From the NCBI GenBank assembly GCA_965644495.1, contig CBFFSA010000051.1:1-55264 (forward strand): DNA of 55,264 bases, written 5' to 3'. The notes under the pieces are model-generated. The model was given only the letters and a program-made list of their open reading frames with translations, was not told the origin of the DNA and did no database searches. Origin of the DNA: Perkinsela sp. CCAP 1560/9. Its lineage: Eukaryota > Protista > Euglenozoa: Kinetoplastea. The position numbers and the translations under genes were made by a program. Within the stretch, counting starts at the first letter, position 1. Each line of letters opens with the position of its first letter. Shown here in pieces: positions 21,838-32,547 of the stretch.

Positions 21838-22572
21838 ATGATTCCAAGCGCTTGTTTCTCAGACACTTCACGAACATGCCACCCGTCACGTGCTGCGAAG
21901 GTTAATTTGGTGAATCTCCCTCAAGAACATGCGCTTGCAAGATTTATCTCCGATTTGTTGAATACTGCACGCTCCTGGAGCACGCGCACCCCAGCCTGTA
22001 GTTGGGAAGGTGTACGCTGCGATGACGATGGCAAAGTGAGTGATATTTATTGGGATAGACGCGTTTTGTCGGGCGTATTGCATTTCATTGACCTTCCAAG
22101 TTCATTGGTTACATTTAGCGTAGAAACGAATACCATTTCCGGAGAAGTCGCACTGAATAAGTTACCTTTTGATCTTCACTCATTCAACCTTCACAACAAC
22201 AAATTTTATGGGTCTTTGGATTTAATTTCTCTTCCACAGCACATGGAACGCTTGTGTTTAAGCAATAATGAATTTACTGGTCATGTGTGCTTAAATCAAC
22301 TTCCTACACCACTGGAGTACCTCGCACTTGCCTCGAATTCTCTCACGGGTCCTGTAGATTTGACTTCCCTTCCGGACAATATGCAATATTTGAGTATACG
22401 GGACAACCGCTTTTCGGGAGTCATAGATTTATCCAGCCTTCCAGAATCATTGACATGTTTCTATTTATTTAACAACCAGGATCTCTCTGGTCATATCAAA
22501 CACTCTCAGATCCCGACATCCATTTGTAACAGTTTTACTGTGAAGAATACGCTAATTACTCTCACTCATTAA
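21838..22572 (+). CDS. Short leucine-rich repeat protein
   Basis: PACSWEGVRC cap; LxxNxFxGxlDLxxLP repeats. ATG at 21838. Confidence 0.9.
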   Translation: MIPSACFSDTSRTCHPSRAAKVNLVNLPQEHALARFISDLLNTARSWSTRTPACSWEGVRCDDDGKVSDIYWDRRVLSGVLHFIDLPSSLVTFSVETNTISGEVALNKLPFDLHSFNLHNNKFYGSLDLISLPQHMERLCLSNNEFTGHVCLNQLPTPLEYLALASNSLTGPVDLTSLPDNMQYLSIRDNRFSGVIDLSSLPESLTCFYLFNNQDLSGHIKHSQIPTSICNSFTVKNTLITLTH

Positions 22573-22877
22573 TGTCTTTTTAGCTAAAAGTTCTTCACCT
22601 TTATGCTGCTTGTCTGACTCCGATATTGCACATTGAGCAACCATGAAATATTGAAGCATTGAGTACCCTCATTGTCTTTTCGCCAAGTAATTTGAAAATA
22701 TAAACGTTAAATCTAAAGGTAACACAAATCTAAAAGTAAATACAAATTTTCTTTTCTATATCCTACTCACGCTGTGTTTTTCATCTCTTTTCGATCGTTT
22801 ATACTCTCTTCCCCCACCATCTCAACCCTCCCCACCCCACCACCCTGTTGCCCCATCTCTCCAAAAATGCATCCTCT

Positions 22878-24512
22878 ATGACATCCCCCGTCCATCTTCG
22901 CATCGCCCGTAGCGCCTCCCCTGCCTTCCTCCCTGCGATCTCGGAATGCGTTTCTCAACTTTCTTCTTCTTCTTCTCTCTCATCTCCTCGTATCGCGAAT
23001 CTCTACTTCTCTCCCCATTGCTGCTGTACCCCTGTGCTATGGCGACAATTTTTAAACAAGTTACTCTCCCAGCCCTGGGCCTCATCCCTGGAGCTTGTGC
23101 TCGCGACTGAAACCCTTGCCGGGCCTTTATTTAGAGAGCAAACAAGAGTAGAATACAAAGATAAGATGGTAAAAAAAGATAAAAAGGTAAAGAAGGTAGA
23201 AAACGTAAAAGAGGATAAAAAGGGAGAAGAAGATAAAAAGAGAGAAGATAAAAACCTAGAAAAAGATAGAAATCTAGCAGAAGATAAAAAGGATAACGCC
23301 ACCTTGTCACTTCTTACGCTACCTCCTGGTATACGAATTCTCCCGCTTTTTCTCCCCATAGAGTCGGCCTGCTTTCATTCCTCCGGAGTCCTAACGCTTC
23401 CCTCTGTGCTCCACACTCATTTTTCTTCCTTGAAACAACAAAAAAATATAGCACTGTGTCATTTAGATCAAGTGTTAGAGAGTGAGAGAGTGTTACCGGG
23501 GCTACGTCGGTTTCTTCCGCAAAAAGATTTGATTGGTGGCGCGGGGGTGGGGCAAACCTATTTGTGGCAAAGAAACAACGAAGGTTTTCCGGTGTTCGGG
23601 AAAGCAATGCAAAAAGGGGTGAAAAAAAGAGGGGAAAAAAAGAGTGTGCCAAAACAAAAAGTGCTTTTTCATGTCACAGAACAAAGTCAACGCGCAGCGC
23701 TCTCCGGATTTGTGTTGCTCTCCTCTCAGGTGGTTCGTTACTCCGAGGATTGTTCCAAGAACATAAAGATGTTAGAACCCTCTTCTCATTCTTTGGCCGA
23801 TCTTGAGAAGCATAACCTTACCCGGGAGGTTACCCCATCATGGGAAGCCTCTCGGCCGCTGTCCCAAATTATTACCGGAATGGAGACCGCGGGCTCTCCA
23901 CTGGTCGTCACCGGGGTGACCAATCGCATTATTCACTCCCTAAACGACATGGATCCGTTATCCGCCATAATGCAAACAACAGCGCAATACCCCTCCTTGG
24001 GCCAGTCCCTTCTTTTTGGGAAAATCTCTCCTCTTTTACCTTCTTCCCCGCAACGCAAGGGTGAGAAGAGAACTGATTCTTCTTTTCCTTCTTCCTATCC
24101 TTCTAATTTTTCCTCATCCTATTCCTCACGCTTTCCTCCCTCCCTGCCTCCTGAATTTTACCCGATTTCCGCTCGCGTCACCTCACAAGGCTTACTGGAG
24201 TTAATCCAACCGGTCCAGCCACTCGACCAGTTGGTGATTCTTCACGTCGGGGCCTCAATACAAGAGGACCACCTCTCCAGTTTGTATCCGAAACATAAAA
24301 GTAAATTTCGATCGCCTGGAAAAGATAAAATGTCTTTTCCGATTTGGGCTTTTTCTTCAGAGTCCCAAATGAGTACACCACAACGAACGATCTGGGAACA
24401 CTGGAGAGATCGAGGCGCCTCGGTCTGTGGGGGACATTTTCGACAGCAAATTTATGCCGGGAGAGAGTTCCAGGAGAGTGTTTCCTGGGGAGAGCTTTTT
24501 CGGTTGGTTTGA
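22878..24512 (+). CDS. Hypothetical protein, divergent FIST-domain-like
   Basis: LIGGAG and GMETAGSPLVVTGVTNRIIHSLNDMDPL resemble FIST motifs; K/E-rich insertion. Confidence 0.5.
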   Translation: MTSPVHLRIARSASPAFLPAISECVSQLSSSSSLSSPRIANLYFSPHCCCTPVLWRQFLNKLLSQPWASSLELVLATETLAGPLFREQTRVEYKDKMVKKDKKVKKVENVKEDKKGEEDKKREDKNLEKDRNLAEDKKDNATLSLLTLPPGIRILPLFLPIESACFHSSGVLTLPSVLHTHFSSLKQQKNIALCHLDQVLESERVLPGLRRFLPQKDLIGGAGVGQTYLWQRNNEGFPVFGKAMQKGVKKRGEKKSVPKQKVLFHVTEQSQRAALSGFVLLSSQVVRYSEDCSKNIKMLEPSSHSLADLEKHNLTREVTPSWEASRPLSQIITGMETAGSPLVVTGVTNRIIHSLNDMDPLSAIMQTTAQYPSLGQSLLFGKISPLLPSSPQRKGEKRTDSSFPSSYPSNFSSSYSSRFPPSLPPEFYPISARVTSQGLLELIQPVQPLDQLVILHVGASIQEDHLSSLYPKHKSKFRSPGKDKMSFPIWAFSSESQMSTPQRTIWEHWRDRGASVCGGHFRQQIYAGREFQESVSWGELFRLV

Positions 24513-24828
24513 GCCAGGAGACCAGAGGCAGCAGGGGGCATGCCGTTTTGAAGAACTGCGAAAATAAAAATGAAAAACTGACCGCAACGACGGTTGGCTC
24601 GGTGTGTCACCTTTTTTTTTGCTTTCATTTTCTTGTGTATTGCTCTTTCTCAACCTTTTTATTCAAACCTGTATTCACAAAAGAAAAAATAAGAAGTCTT
24701 ACAAACAAGTCTTACAAACAAGTCTTACAAAGGTATAAAATTAAGATATTTTTTAAGATTTTATTGAAACAGCCAAGCCGTTCTCAAAGTTCTCTTTCAC
24801 ATTTCCGTCTTCTCACTGTGTCTGTTAC

Positions 24829-25479
24829 ATGTTTCTACACGCCGCGCACTGCACAGATCACCCCCGCCGGGCTTCCAAGCAACGCGTGTCGGTATCCCAA
24901 GAATATCGTCTTTGTCGTTTCATTGAAGGTCTGGACCGCATCCACCACACCTGGAACATACAAACCCCTGCCTGTGAGTGGCGGGGGGTACGTTGTGATC
25001 ACAAAAAACATGTCACCGAAATACAGTGGTCTTCTCTGTCCCTTACGGGGCTTCTACACTGGCAGCATCTCCTGCCTGGCCTCAAACTCCTCGATTTAAG
25101 CTCGGCTAAGTTTCTAAAAGAAGATGGGGAGTGGGTGGTTCGACCTACGAGACTACGCAAACCGATGGACTTCTCTCTTCTTCCCAATAGCTTAAATGTC
25201 GTGGTGTCACAAAATGCAGAAATGAGAGGGCATTTGGATCTTACGTATCTCCCGACATTTTTAAAACAGTTGGATGTCAGCTGTAATCACTATGAGGGAA
25301 CGCCGGACTTCACACGCCTTCCGAATTTAGTGGAGGAATTGCTTTTGCAAGGGAATGCGTTGAGTGGGCGACCGGATTTTTCGAAACTGCCGGATTCGCT
25401 TACGATGCTGAACCTTGCGGGGAATTCCATTGTGCTTGGCAGAGGTTTCTCTTTGCCCGGGTGTGTTTTGTTAGATTGA
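24829..25479 (+). CDS. Short leucine-rich repeat protein
   Basis: PACEWRGVRC cap; LDVSCNHYEGTPDF, LQGNALSGRPDF. Confidence 0.9.
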   Translation: MFLHAAHCTDHPRRASKQRVSVSQEYRLCRFIEGLDRIHHTWNIQTPACEWRGVRCDHKKHVTEIQWSSLSLTGLLHWQHLLPGLKLLDLSSAKFLKEDGEWVVRPTRLRKPMDFSLLPNSLNVVVSQNAEMRGHLDLTYLPTFLKQLDVSCNHYEGTPDFTRLPNLVEELLLQGNALSGRPDFSKLPDSLTMLNLAGNSIVLGRGFSLPGCVLLD

Positions 25480-25842
25480 TTGATTTTTTTGGTTGGATAA
25501 ATGGAATAAATGGATCATTGGTCGTCTGAACTGGGCTATTTTTTCTTGCAAACGGCTGGTGAAAATGCATCCTACTTTTTTATTTCTATATCCAAATAGA
25601 AAATACACTGGTTTAAAATACATTGGTTGTTTGCAATAGCCGAATGCTATTCAGCTTCATGGCACATCATTTGAGAGAAATTTCCTTGAAATATTTTTTA
25701 TGAATGAGCAAAATCATTTTTCTACAAACGAATTTATTTTTGGATGTGGATCAAATAATTAATACTTTGAGCTTTTGCTTGTTGTCTTTCAGATGCCTTT
25801 TACGACCGAATAGCTCGAGTTCTGCTAAACTATACATAATTC

Positions 25843-26448
25843 ATGTCGCAGGATTCCATAGATAAAACACTTCATATCCTCCCGTTTGGCGTACCGCACA
25901 ATTTTCGTTGTGGAGAGTCTTCTGTTTTTCATGAATTATTTCCTACCGTACCGACTCCTGCTACATCTACGTCCGTCGCGAATACGAATTCCATGTCCGG
26001 CAATTCTCTCGAAACAATTTTTCGTGGACGCTCCTTGAAAGGTTCCATTATCCGCACGAAGAACAACTTTCCCAACTTAAAGAAAGAGTCGGTCGAACAA
26101 GACGTCAACACAAGAAACCCAACAAATTCCAGTGAGACATCTGAGAGTGCAGCTCTGAAAGACGTCAACATCACTACGAACGCAGGTTTCTACCTCGCAG
26201 AGGAAATAAAAGATGGCACCACCTTTCGAATACCATTTGTTTCCCGCGTTACGGAGGATCAGAAAAAGAAATGTTCTGATACTGAACAAGAAAAAAGCAC
26301 CTCAGAAACTGATTCACAACCTCTCACCGAGTTTTCTAATGTAATTTTATGGGATCACGATCGTGTACCATCAACTGATGCGCAACGGTTCGTAATGTCT
26401 GTAAATACATGGGGCGCGATGGCACGTATTATTCACGGGAAAGAATAA
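25843..26448 (+). CDS. RNASEH2C: Ribonuclease H2 subunit C
   Basis: LHILPF, FRGRSLKG, FSNVILWDHD..P, W...ARIIH C-terminus. Confidence 0.8.
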   Translation: MSQDSIDKTLHILPFGVPHNFRCGESSVFHELFPTVPTPATSTSVANTNSMSGNSLETIFRGRSLKGSIIRTKNNFPNLKKESVEQDVNTRNPTNSSETSESAALKDVNITTNAGFYLAEEIKDGTTFRIPFVSRVTEDQKKKCSDTEQEKSTSETDSQPLTEFSNVILWDHDRVPSTDAQRFVMSVNTWGAMARIIHGKE

Positions 26449-26632
26449 GTCATCCTGCACCTTTCTTCATTTTTTTATCTTTGAGTGTCAAATTTGTGAC
26501 TCAAAAAAATAAGTTCTTGTTTTCAGGGTTTTTTATGCCTTTTTACTATATTTCTTTTTTAATTGCCAAAAGGCATATTTTATTGGTCAAGCAATTTGAA
26601 ATATGCAGAGGTAGCACTCTTCTTCCCCACCA

Positions 26633-28306
26633 ATGCTTTGGATAGTCATAGCATTTCTCCCGCTCTTTTTCTTTCTACTTGGAGTTCTTCGTCTTACTTT
26701 CTGGTGGTATACCCTCTTTCAACGTTCTTCAGACAAACCGGACAACATCGAACTCAAAAACAAACCCAACCGTATTAAACAAAAATCTCCCTCATCCGAT
26801 GCCACTATTCAAGAATCCTCTCCTCTCTGGGTGGGCATTTTCCACCCCCATGCTCATGCCGGAGGAGGAGGCGAACGCGTACTTTGGGTCCTTTTACACT
26901 CGTTATTACACGCTACACAGCTAGATAACACGTGGCTCTATTCCTGTCTTCCTGTTTTTGATCCCACACGTCCGCTTTTCATTGCACTCTACGTCAGTTC
27001 GGAGATCCCTTCTCTTCATCTTTTACTGGAAACCGTTCGCCAGCAGTTTGACATCCATATTCCTCTAGATAACGCAACCCAAAGGCTTAAATTGATCGCT
27101 CTTCCCAATGTTCATGAAATCGACCCCTCGCGGTACCCTTCCCTCACCCTACTCCGTCAAGCCCTCGGTTCGGTTCGTCTCGTCGCTCGCGGACTCCAGG
27201 AATTCGTCCCCGAACTTTTTCTAGACACCACGGGGGTTCCTTTTGCCTATCCCCTGGTGCATTCGTTCGGGTGTCGGATTCTTGCCTATGTCCACTACCC
27301 CACCCTGTCCCACGATATGATGGACAAAATTACAAAAACAAGTGCAAATTACAATCACGCTCCTTTTATTGCCCACTCAACTTTCCTTACGTTTCTGAAA
27401 AAAGTGTATTACCGTTTTTTGATGCGTCTTTACTTGTTTTGTGGAAATTGTGTCACCCTTGTCCTTGTGAATTCACATTGGACAAAAAACCACATGGTTG
27501 AAATGTGGAAAAGAGACCCTTCGAGGGTACATCTGATCTATCCACCTACCCCGATCGAACCGTTGGTGAAGCTTTCTCTAATCGATACTCACGAAAACGC
27601 TTCTTTGCTTCAAAAGAATTCAAATTCGTTGTCTTGTCTCTCGCCCTCCTCCTCACGTGGCCGTGTGACCCGAAACAAACGAAATGCTTTTCAAATCCTC
27701 TCGGTGGGTCAATTTCGTCCAGAAAAAAATCATGCACTTCAGCTCCGTATTCTCTCGGGACTGATTCCTCAATTTCCTCATCTGAAATTAATTCTTCTTG
27801 GTGGGACTCGAAATGAGTTGGATAGGAAACGGGTGCAGGATTTACAGGAAATCGCTCGTTTGCTGAAAATCGAGGCCCATGTCGAATGGGATTTAAATGT
27901 CCATTTTTCACAGCTTTTGTTTCGTCTACAGACCAGTGCGATTGGGCTGCACACCATGGTCGAGGAACATTTCGGAATTAGCCTCGTGGAGTACATGGCT
28001 GCTGGATGTGTGGTTGTCGCCCATGACAGCGGGGGTCCGAGAAGTGATATTGTAAAACCCTGTAGTCGGATTATGAGGAGAGATTTGGATCATGCGGAAA
28101 AAAGGAGAAGGGAAGAAGAAATAACGCAGTCGGTGGGGTTTTTGGCAAAAACAGAGGAGGATTATGTAGAAACGTTGACGCACGTGTTGAAGTTAACGCC
28201 TGGGGAACAGCTTCAAATACGGATAAACGCGAGAGAGGCGTGTCAGCGTTTCTCGCAAGGCGAATTTGCGAAAAGTCTACACTCGTTGGTAAATGTGGAA
28301 AGGTAA
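26633..28306 (+). CDS. ALG11: GDP-Man:Man3GlcNAc2-PP-Dol alpha-1,2-mannosyltransferase
   Basis: GIFHPHAHAGGGGERVLW, YVHYPTLS, SVGQFRPEKNH, GLHTMVEEHFGISLVEYMAAG, HDSGGP; N-terminal TM. Confidence 0.96.
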   Translation: MLWIVIAFLPLFFFLLGVLRLTFWWYTLFQRSSDKPDNIELKNKPNRIKQKSPSSDATIQESSPLWVGIFHPHAHAGGGGERVLWVLLHSLLHATQLDNTWLYSCLPVFDPTRPLFIALYVSSEIPSLHLLLETVRQQFDIHIPLDNATQRLKLIALPNVHEIDPSRYPSLTLLRQALGSVRLVARGLQEFVPELFLDTTGVPFAYPLVHSFGCRILAYVHYPTLSHDMMDKITKTSANYNHAPFIAHSTFLTFLKKVYYRFLMRLYLFCGNCVTLVLVNSHWTKNHMVEMWKRDPSRVHLIYPPTPIEPLVKLSLIDTHENASLLQKNSNSLSCLSPSSSRGRVTRNKRNAFQILSVGQFRPEKNHALQLRILSGLIPQFPHLKLILLGGTRNELDRKRVQDLQEIARLLKIEAHVEWDLNVHFSQLLFRLQTSAIGLHTMVEEHFGISLVEYMAAGCVVVAHDSGGPRSDIVKPCSRIMRRDLDHAEKRRREEEITQSVGFLAKTEEDYVETLTHVLKLTPGEQLQIRINAREACQRFSQGEFAKSLHSLVNVER

Positions 28307-28468
28307 CACAGTTAAAGTTTTTGCTTTTATCCATACTGAAGAGAAAGATTAGTTTTGGCAAAATCTTCTGGTTGTGAAATGAATCAATCTTTCCCCTGAC
28401 TGTGCTATTTCCACGAGCTCACCTCAAAACGATGTTTACCAACATTACGTATGCGTCTATTATCGACA

Positions 28469-29181
28469 TTGCGGTGGTTGTATAACTACCGCTCTACCCT
28501 CGATTATTGCGAACAAAGTGAACAAAAAAAGTGAAAATATAAAGAGGAACACAGTAATATAATAGAAGAAAAATATAAAAGGGGGCCCCGGTGGTCCAAA
28601 ACTGAAAAAAAAAATCAAAAAAATGGGGGGTCTAGGGGGGGTCCAGGGGGGGGGCATACGTCGTTTTTTGAAATTTTTAAAATCTTGATTTTCGAGATCG
28701 AGCGCAAGGAAGTGGTAGAGTAGGCCGCAGCGATGACTCTCCACCCCCCCACCTGGGGGTACCCCCCCCCCTGGTAAGCGCGGGAGGGGTCTGACAAGGT
28801 CAAAATTTCCGAAATTTTTGGGATGACCAAAAAAAAAAGAAATTGACCCAAAAAAAGTAAAAATATTATTTTTCCAAAATCGACTCCTAGAACGTATTCG
28901 GAGGGTTTGGGACCTCAGCTACCATTCTACGATGTTTTTGTCGACAGATTCGACTCCTGCCACTACTGCTAAGGCATCCAAAACGGCTCAAATTCGGTGT
29001 GAAATTTTGCAATTTTTGCCGAAAAATCGAGCTTTTGCACCCCAAAAAGTAGATTATTCATGATCATTTGGAGATTTTTTTTAGGCTCTTCGTCAAACGC
29101 GGCGGTAATTTTCAACGCGAAGCGCGCAGCATGAGTCACTTCTACGTTGAAAACAACCACCGCGTTTAACGAAGAGCCTAA
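28469..29181 (+). mobile_element. Full-length HINE-like element (5' module C, body B, hairpin H)
   Basis: Starts TTGCGGTGGTTGTATAACTACCGC (imperfect hairpin); ends with hairpin H containing the complement CAACCACCGC. Confidence 0.85.
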
Positions 29182-29355
29182 TGCTTAATCTTCTTCCTGA
29201 TAAACTCCGCTATATCCCTGTATGAAATCTTGTAGCTCAAACATCAAATGATAAAACCAATGTTATTCTATGAACTCGAATCTTCGATGAATTCATACAT
29301 GTATATTCTGTATCTCAAGCACGAAGGTTTGGTCATGTAATATTTTACTCACCTC

Positions 29356-30111
29356 ATGCCTTCTCCTGTTATTGCGGCTTCCCTACTTCGTCTCCCTGAC
29401 AGCCTACCGCTATGCTCATTAGACAACACACCAACGGTACAAGAGCACACATGCATCCAAGAGCTACAAAGAAGACATCCAGAACTATGGCATCCATCGA
29501 AACTGCAAGAATCTGCACCTACGTTTTGTACAGAAGAACTTTTATCGGGTGTTTTACATGCTTTGTTGGATAGTCCTCGACAACCTGTAGTTTTTATTCT
29601 CCTTTTTCGGAAAGAAATTTCACTTCCTGTGGGAAGCACTCGTGAGCTGTTGCTTCAAATGGCTGCTCATTTTTCGACTCGTTTCTCTTCTGACTCAATT
29701 CGCGAGGCGAACACTCCTTACGCCTTCGGTAGTTTTTCTGCAGATCTCAAACAGCAAACTTACAATTTTGAGTCTCGTTTAGCTCTTGGCGTCGAGAAAC
29801 GCAGTATTCCTGCAGTGGATACCATCCGATCTTCGGAGGAAACATCCATGACTTCCGGGGCACATGGAGAGGTTGCGATTAAATTGGGTGAGGTAGAATC
29901 TCTGCTACGTTCCAATTTAAACGACATGGTACTTCGCGGAGAGACGCTGGAGACAATGTCGCACTACAGCGCGGAACTTAAGGAACACAGCGCGAAGTTT
30001 CGTCACCGTGCCGTGAAGCTGAATCGTCCGAACTGGAGAGCTCGTGCCGTATCTGCACTTTCTGTTCTATTTTTCATTTTTCTCCTGTACTGGCGGTTTA
30101 TTGGTTTGTAA
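29356..30111 (+). CDS. R-SNARE (synaptobrevin/VAMP7-like, probable longin N-terminus)
   Basis: LGEVESLLRSNLNDMVLRGETLETM..S.EL...SAKF SNARE coil with zero-layer R, plus C-terminal TM. Confidence 0.85.
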   Translation: MPSPVIAASLLRLPDSLPLCSLDNTPTVQEHTCIQELQRRHPELWHPSKLQESAPTFCTEELLSGVLHALLDSPRQPVVFILLFRKEISLPVGSTRELLLQMAAHFSTRFSSDSIREANTPYAFGSFSADLKQQTYNFESRLALGVEKRSIPAVDTIRSSEETSMTSGAHGEVAIKLGEVESLLRSNLNDMVLRGETLETMSHYSAELKEHSAKFRHRAVKLNRPNWRARAVSALSVLFFIFLLYWRFIGL

Positions 30112-30324
30112 TCTTGTGCATAATTCTCTGATCGCAATTGAGTGGGGAAACGAATAATTTTGAGGTTCGACGAAAAGTTATCAGAATATTTACTTGTCTA
30201 AAAAAGTACCATGTTTCTTTTTTTGATCGCAAATAATAGGCACGTCCTCACCAAACTGTACAAACTCATTCTTTATCCTTATTCTAACTTCTTTTTCCCA
30301 AACCAATCACTTTCTCCCACCCCA

Positions 30325-32352
30325 ATGCAGGCTTTCCGTCGCAATTCCAACACTTTCCGCTTCATAAAAAAGCCCACAAACACCCTTTCTTATCTTCCCC
30401 TCTTTTCGTCTGCCCCACTACGACAGCTTCACACCTCCCCCCTTACCTCCGCTCGCCTACGTCACCCTCCCAGCAGCAGCAAAGAGCCTCTTTCCTCAAC
30501 GTCTCCCCCTCCTTCCAATTCCCTTGCTGCATTTTCTTCTTCCCACCCCCAAGCCTCCCCCCTCCACACCTTCCTCGACTCCTCTCGTTGTGAAAGCGCT
30601 ATCCAGGAAATCCACAGCGAAGTCTCCACCTTATGGCAAAACGTTTTACAGCCCACCGATCCTCTAGGGTTATTCACGAGCTCCATTTCATCTTCATCTT
30701 CTTCCTTATCTTCTTTTTCACCTTTTTATAAATCTTCAAATTCTTCTTTATCTTCCTCTTCTTTATCCTTAGCCTCAAAACCACAAAACCAAAATTTCGA
30801 AAACAAATTCGAAAACACAAATTCCTCCACCCCACGGCTTCCCACCGTGATGTTCCTCGGGAACCACAGTAGTGGGAAATCAACCCTAATCAACTCGGTC
30901 CTTGGGGAGGAGGTCCAGACCACAGGCGTCGCCCCCACCGATGATGGGTTTACGGTTTTGCTCAAAGGGGAGAGCGATATGGATGAGGACGGCCCCACGG
31001 CGCTGTCGAATCCGAAATACGATTTAGAGGGTTTGAGAGGGTTTGGACAAGGTTTCTTTTCCCACCTGAAAGTTAAAACACGAAAGTTGGGGCCAGGGTG
31101 CTGGCTTCCTCCAAAGGTGATGTTGATTGATACCCCGGGGATGATTGATACCCCGGATCGGGAACAGGGGAGGGAAAATGGAATGAAAATGGAGAAAACG
31201 GTAAGAAAAGGAGAAAATGAATGGTTTGCTGAGAATTCGGCGATTGTGGGGACAACACCCATCGCGTCCTCACCGATTCCACGACGTTTTGAACGTGGGT
31301 ATGATTTTCTCAGCACCGTGCGATGGTTTGCGACCCGTTGTGATTTGATTTTGCTGTTGTTTGATCCGAGTAATCCAGGAACCACCGGAGAGACACTGGA
31401 TGTGCTCAACCACAGCTTACGAGGGATGGAGCATAAATTCCTCATAGTGTTTAACAAGGTGGATGTGTTTACTAAAGTACAGGATTTGGCTCGGTGCTAC
31501 GGTGCGCTTTGTTGGAATTTGGCAAAAGTGATTGAGCGAAAAGATTTGCCTCGAATCCACACAATGTATACCCCCGGTGCAGCGCGGGAATTTCGGCAAC
31601 GAGAACCGTACCGTGAGCGGACGGGTGCTGCTCTCAGTGCTGAAAACACTTCTTCTTTTTCGCAGGAACCATTTGCGAGCGATGAGGAGAACCCCGGTTC
31701 GGATTCTCACACCCTTTTACGTGATTTTCGTCATACTCGACATGAGGTGCTTCGTGAAATACAGTACGCGCCGCTTCGTCACGTGGATCACTTAATCTCA
31801 GATTTAGATGTAGCCACCCGGCGGTTGCAAATGTCGACGGTGTTGTTAAACGCGCTTCGGAGACAGTACACACACAGTCGGATGAAAACGTATATTTTAG
31901 TTTTCTTGTTATGTTTATGGACACCGTTGCTGGGCTGGGTACTCTGGCCAGGTCTGGGATGGAGTATGTTTTTTGTAGCTCTTGGAGCTAGCAGCGTGTT
32001 GTGTAGCACCGCACTCGCGGCTTTTCTTCTCTATCGGCTGCGACAACAATTAGGAAGCCTCGCCGGTGCAAATTTGGATCGAATCTTTCGCACAGAGTTC
32101 GCGGGACGGCTGCGAAAAAGTCCGTACCCGGCAGATTGTGCGGATTTGTGGTCCGAGGTAAGGCCAAAGCTGCGGAACGCGTTAGGAGAGAATCCCGATC
32201 GCGTGCTCTCTACGATAGGTGTGGTGCCCCGATTTCGGCTCAGTGCACTAAGTGGCATCCTGCAGGACGCCATTCCTCGACTACGCAAACAAGCACATGA
32301 GTTAAAGACAACGTGTGAACGCGGGAGTCCGTCGAACGCCTTACAGGAGTAA
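30325..32352 (+). CDS. EHD/sarcalumenin-like dynamin-family P-loop NTPase with C-terminal TM helices
   Basis: GNHSSGKST, PTDDGFT, LIDTPG, FNKVD; two hydrophobic helices; R/S-rich presequence-like N-terminus (start 30211 also possible). Confidence 0.88.
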   Translation: MQAFRRNSNTFRFIKKPTNTLSYLPLFSSAPLRQLHTSPLTSARLRHPPSSSKEPLSSTSPPPSNSLAAFSSSHPQASPLHTFLDSSRCESAIQEIHSEVSTLWQNVLQPTDPLGLFTSSISSSSSSLSSFSPFYKSSNSSLSSSSLSLASKPQNQNFENKFENTNSSTPRLPTVMFLGNHSSGKSTLINSVLGEEVQTTGVAPTDDGFTVLLKGESDMDEDGPTALSNPKYDLEGLRGFGQGFFSHLKVKTRKLGPGCWLPPKVMLIDTPGMIDTPDREQGRENGMKMEKTVRKGENEWFAENSAIVGTTPIASSPIPRRFERGYDFLSTVRWFATRCDLILLLFDPSNPGTTGETLDVLNHSLRGMEHKFLIVFNKVDVFTKVQDLARCYGALCWNLAKVIERKDLPRIHTMYTPGAAREFRQREPYRERTGAALSAENTSSFSQEPFASDEENPGSDSHTLLRDFRHTRHEVLREIQYAPLRHVDHLISDLDVATRRLQMSTVLLNALRRQYTHSRMKTYILVFLLCLWTPLLGWVLWPGLGWSMFFVALGASSVLCSTALAAFLLYRLRQQLGSLAGANLDRIFRTEFAGRLRKSPYPADCADLWSEVRPKLRNALGENPDRVLSTIGVVPRFRLSALSGILQDAIPRLRKQAHELKTTCERGSPSNALQE

Positions 32353-32547
32353 CAGGTGACACGATTTGTAGCAACATTTTCCGTATTTTTTGTACATCAT
32401 TTTCTTCTTTTTGTATAGAAAACACGCCATTTCTCTACTCTTATCCTTTCCCTTTTCTCTCTTTTTCCCTTTTTCACCCACTCCTTCCCTCTCTACCTCT
32501 ATCTCTCTTCCTAACCCTCACCCTTCCCTTTCTCCCCACCCTCCCCC

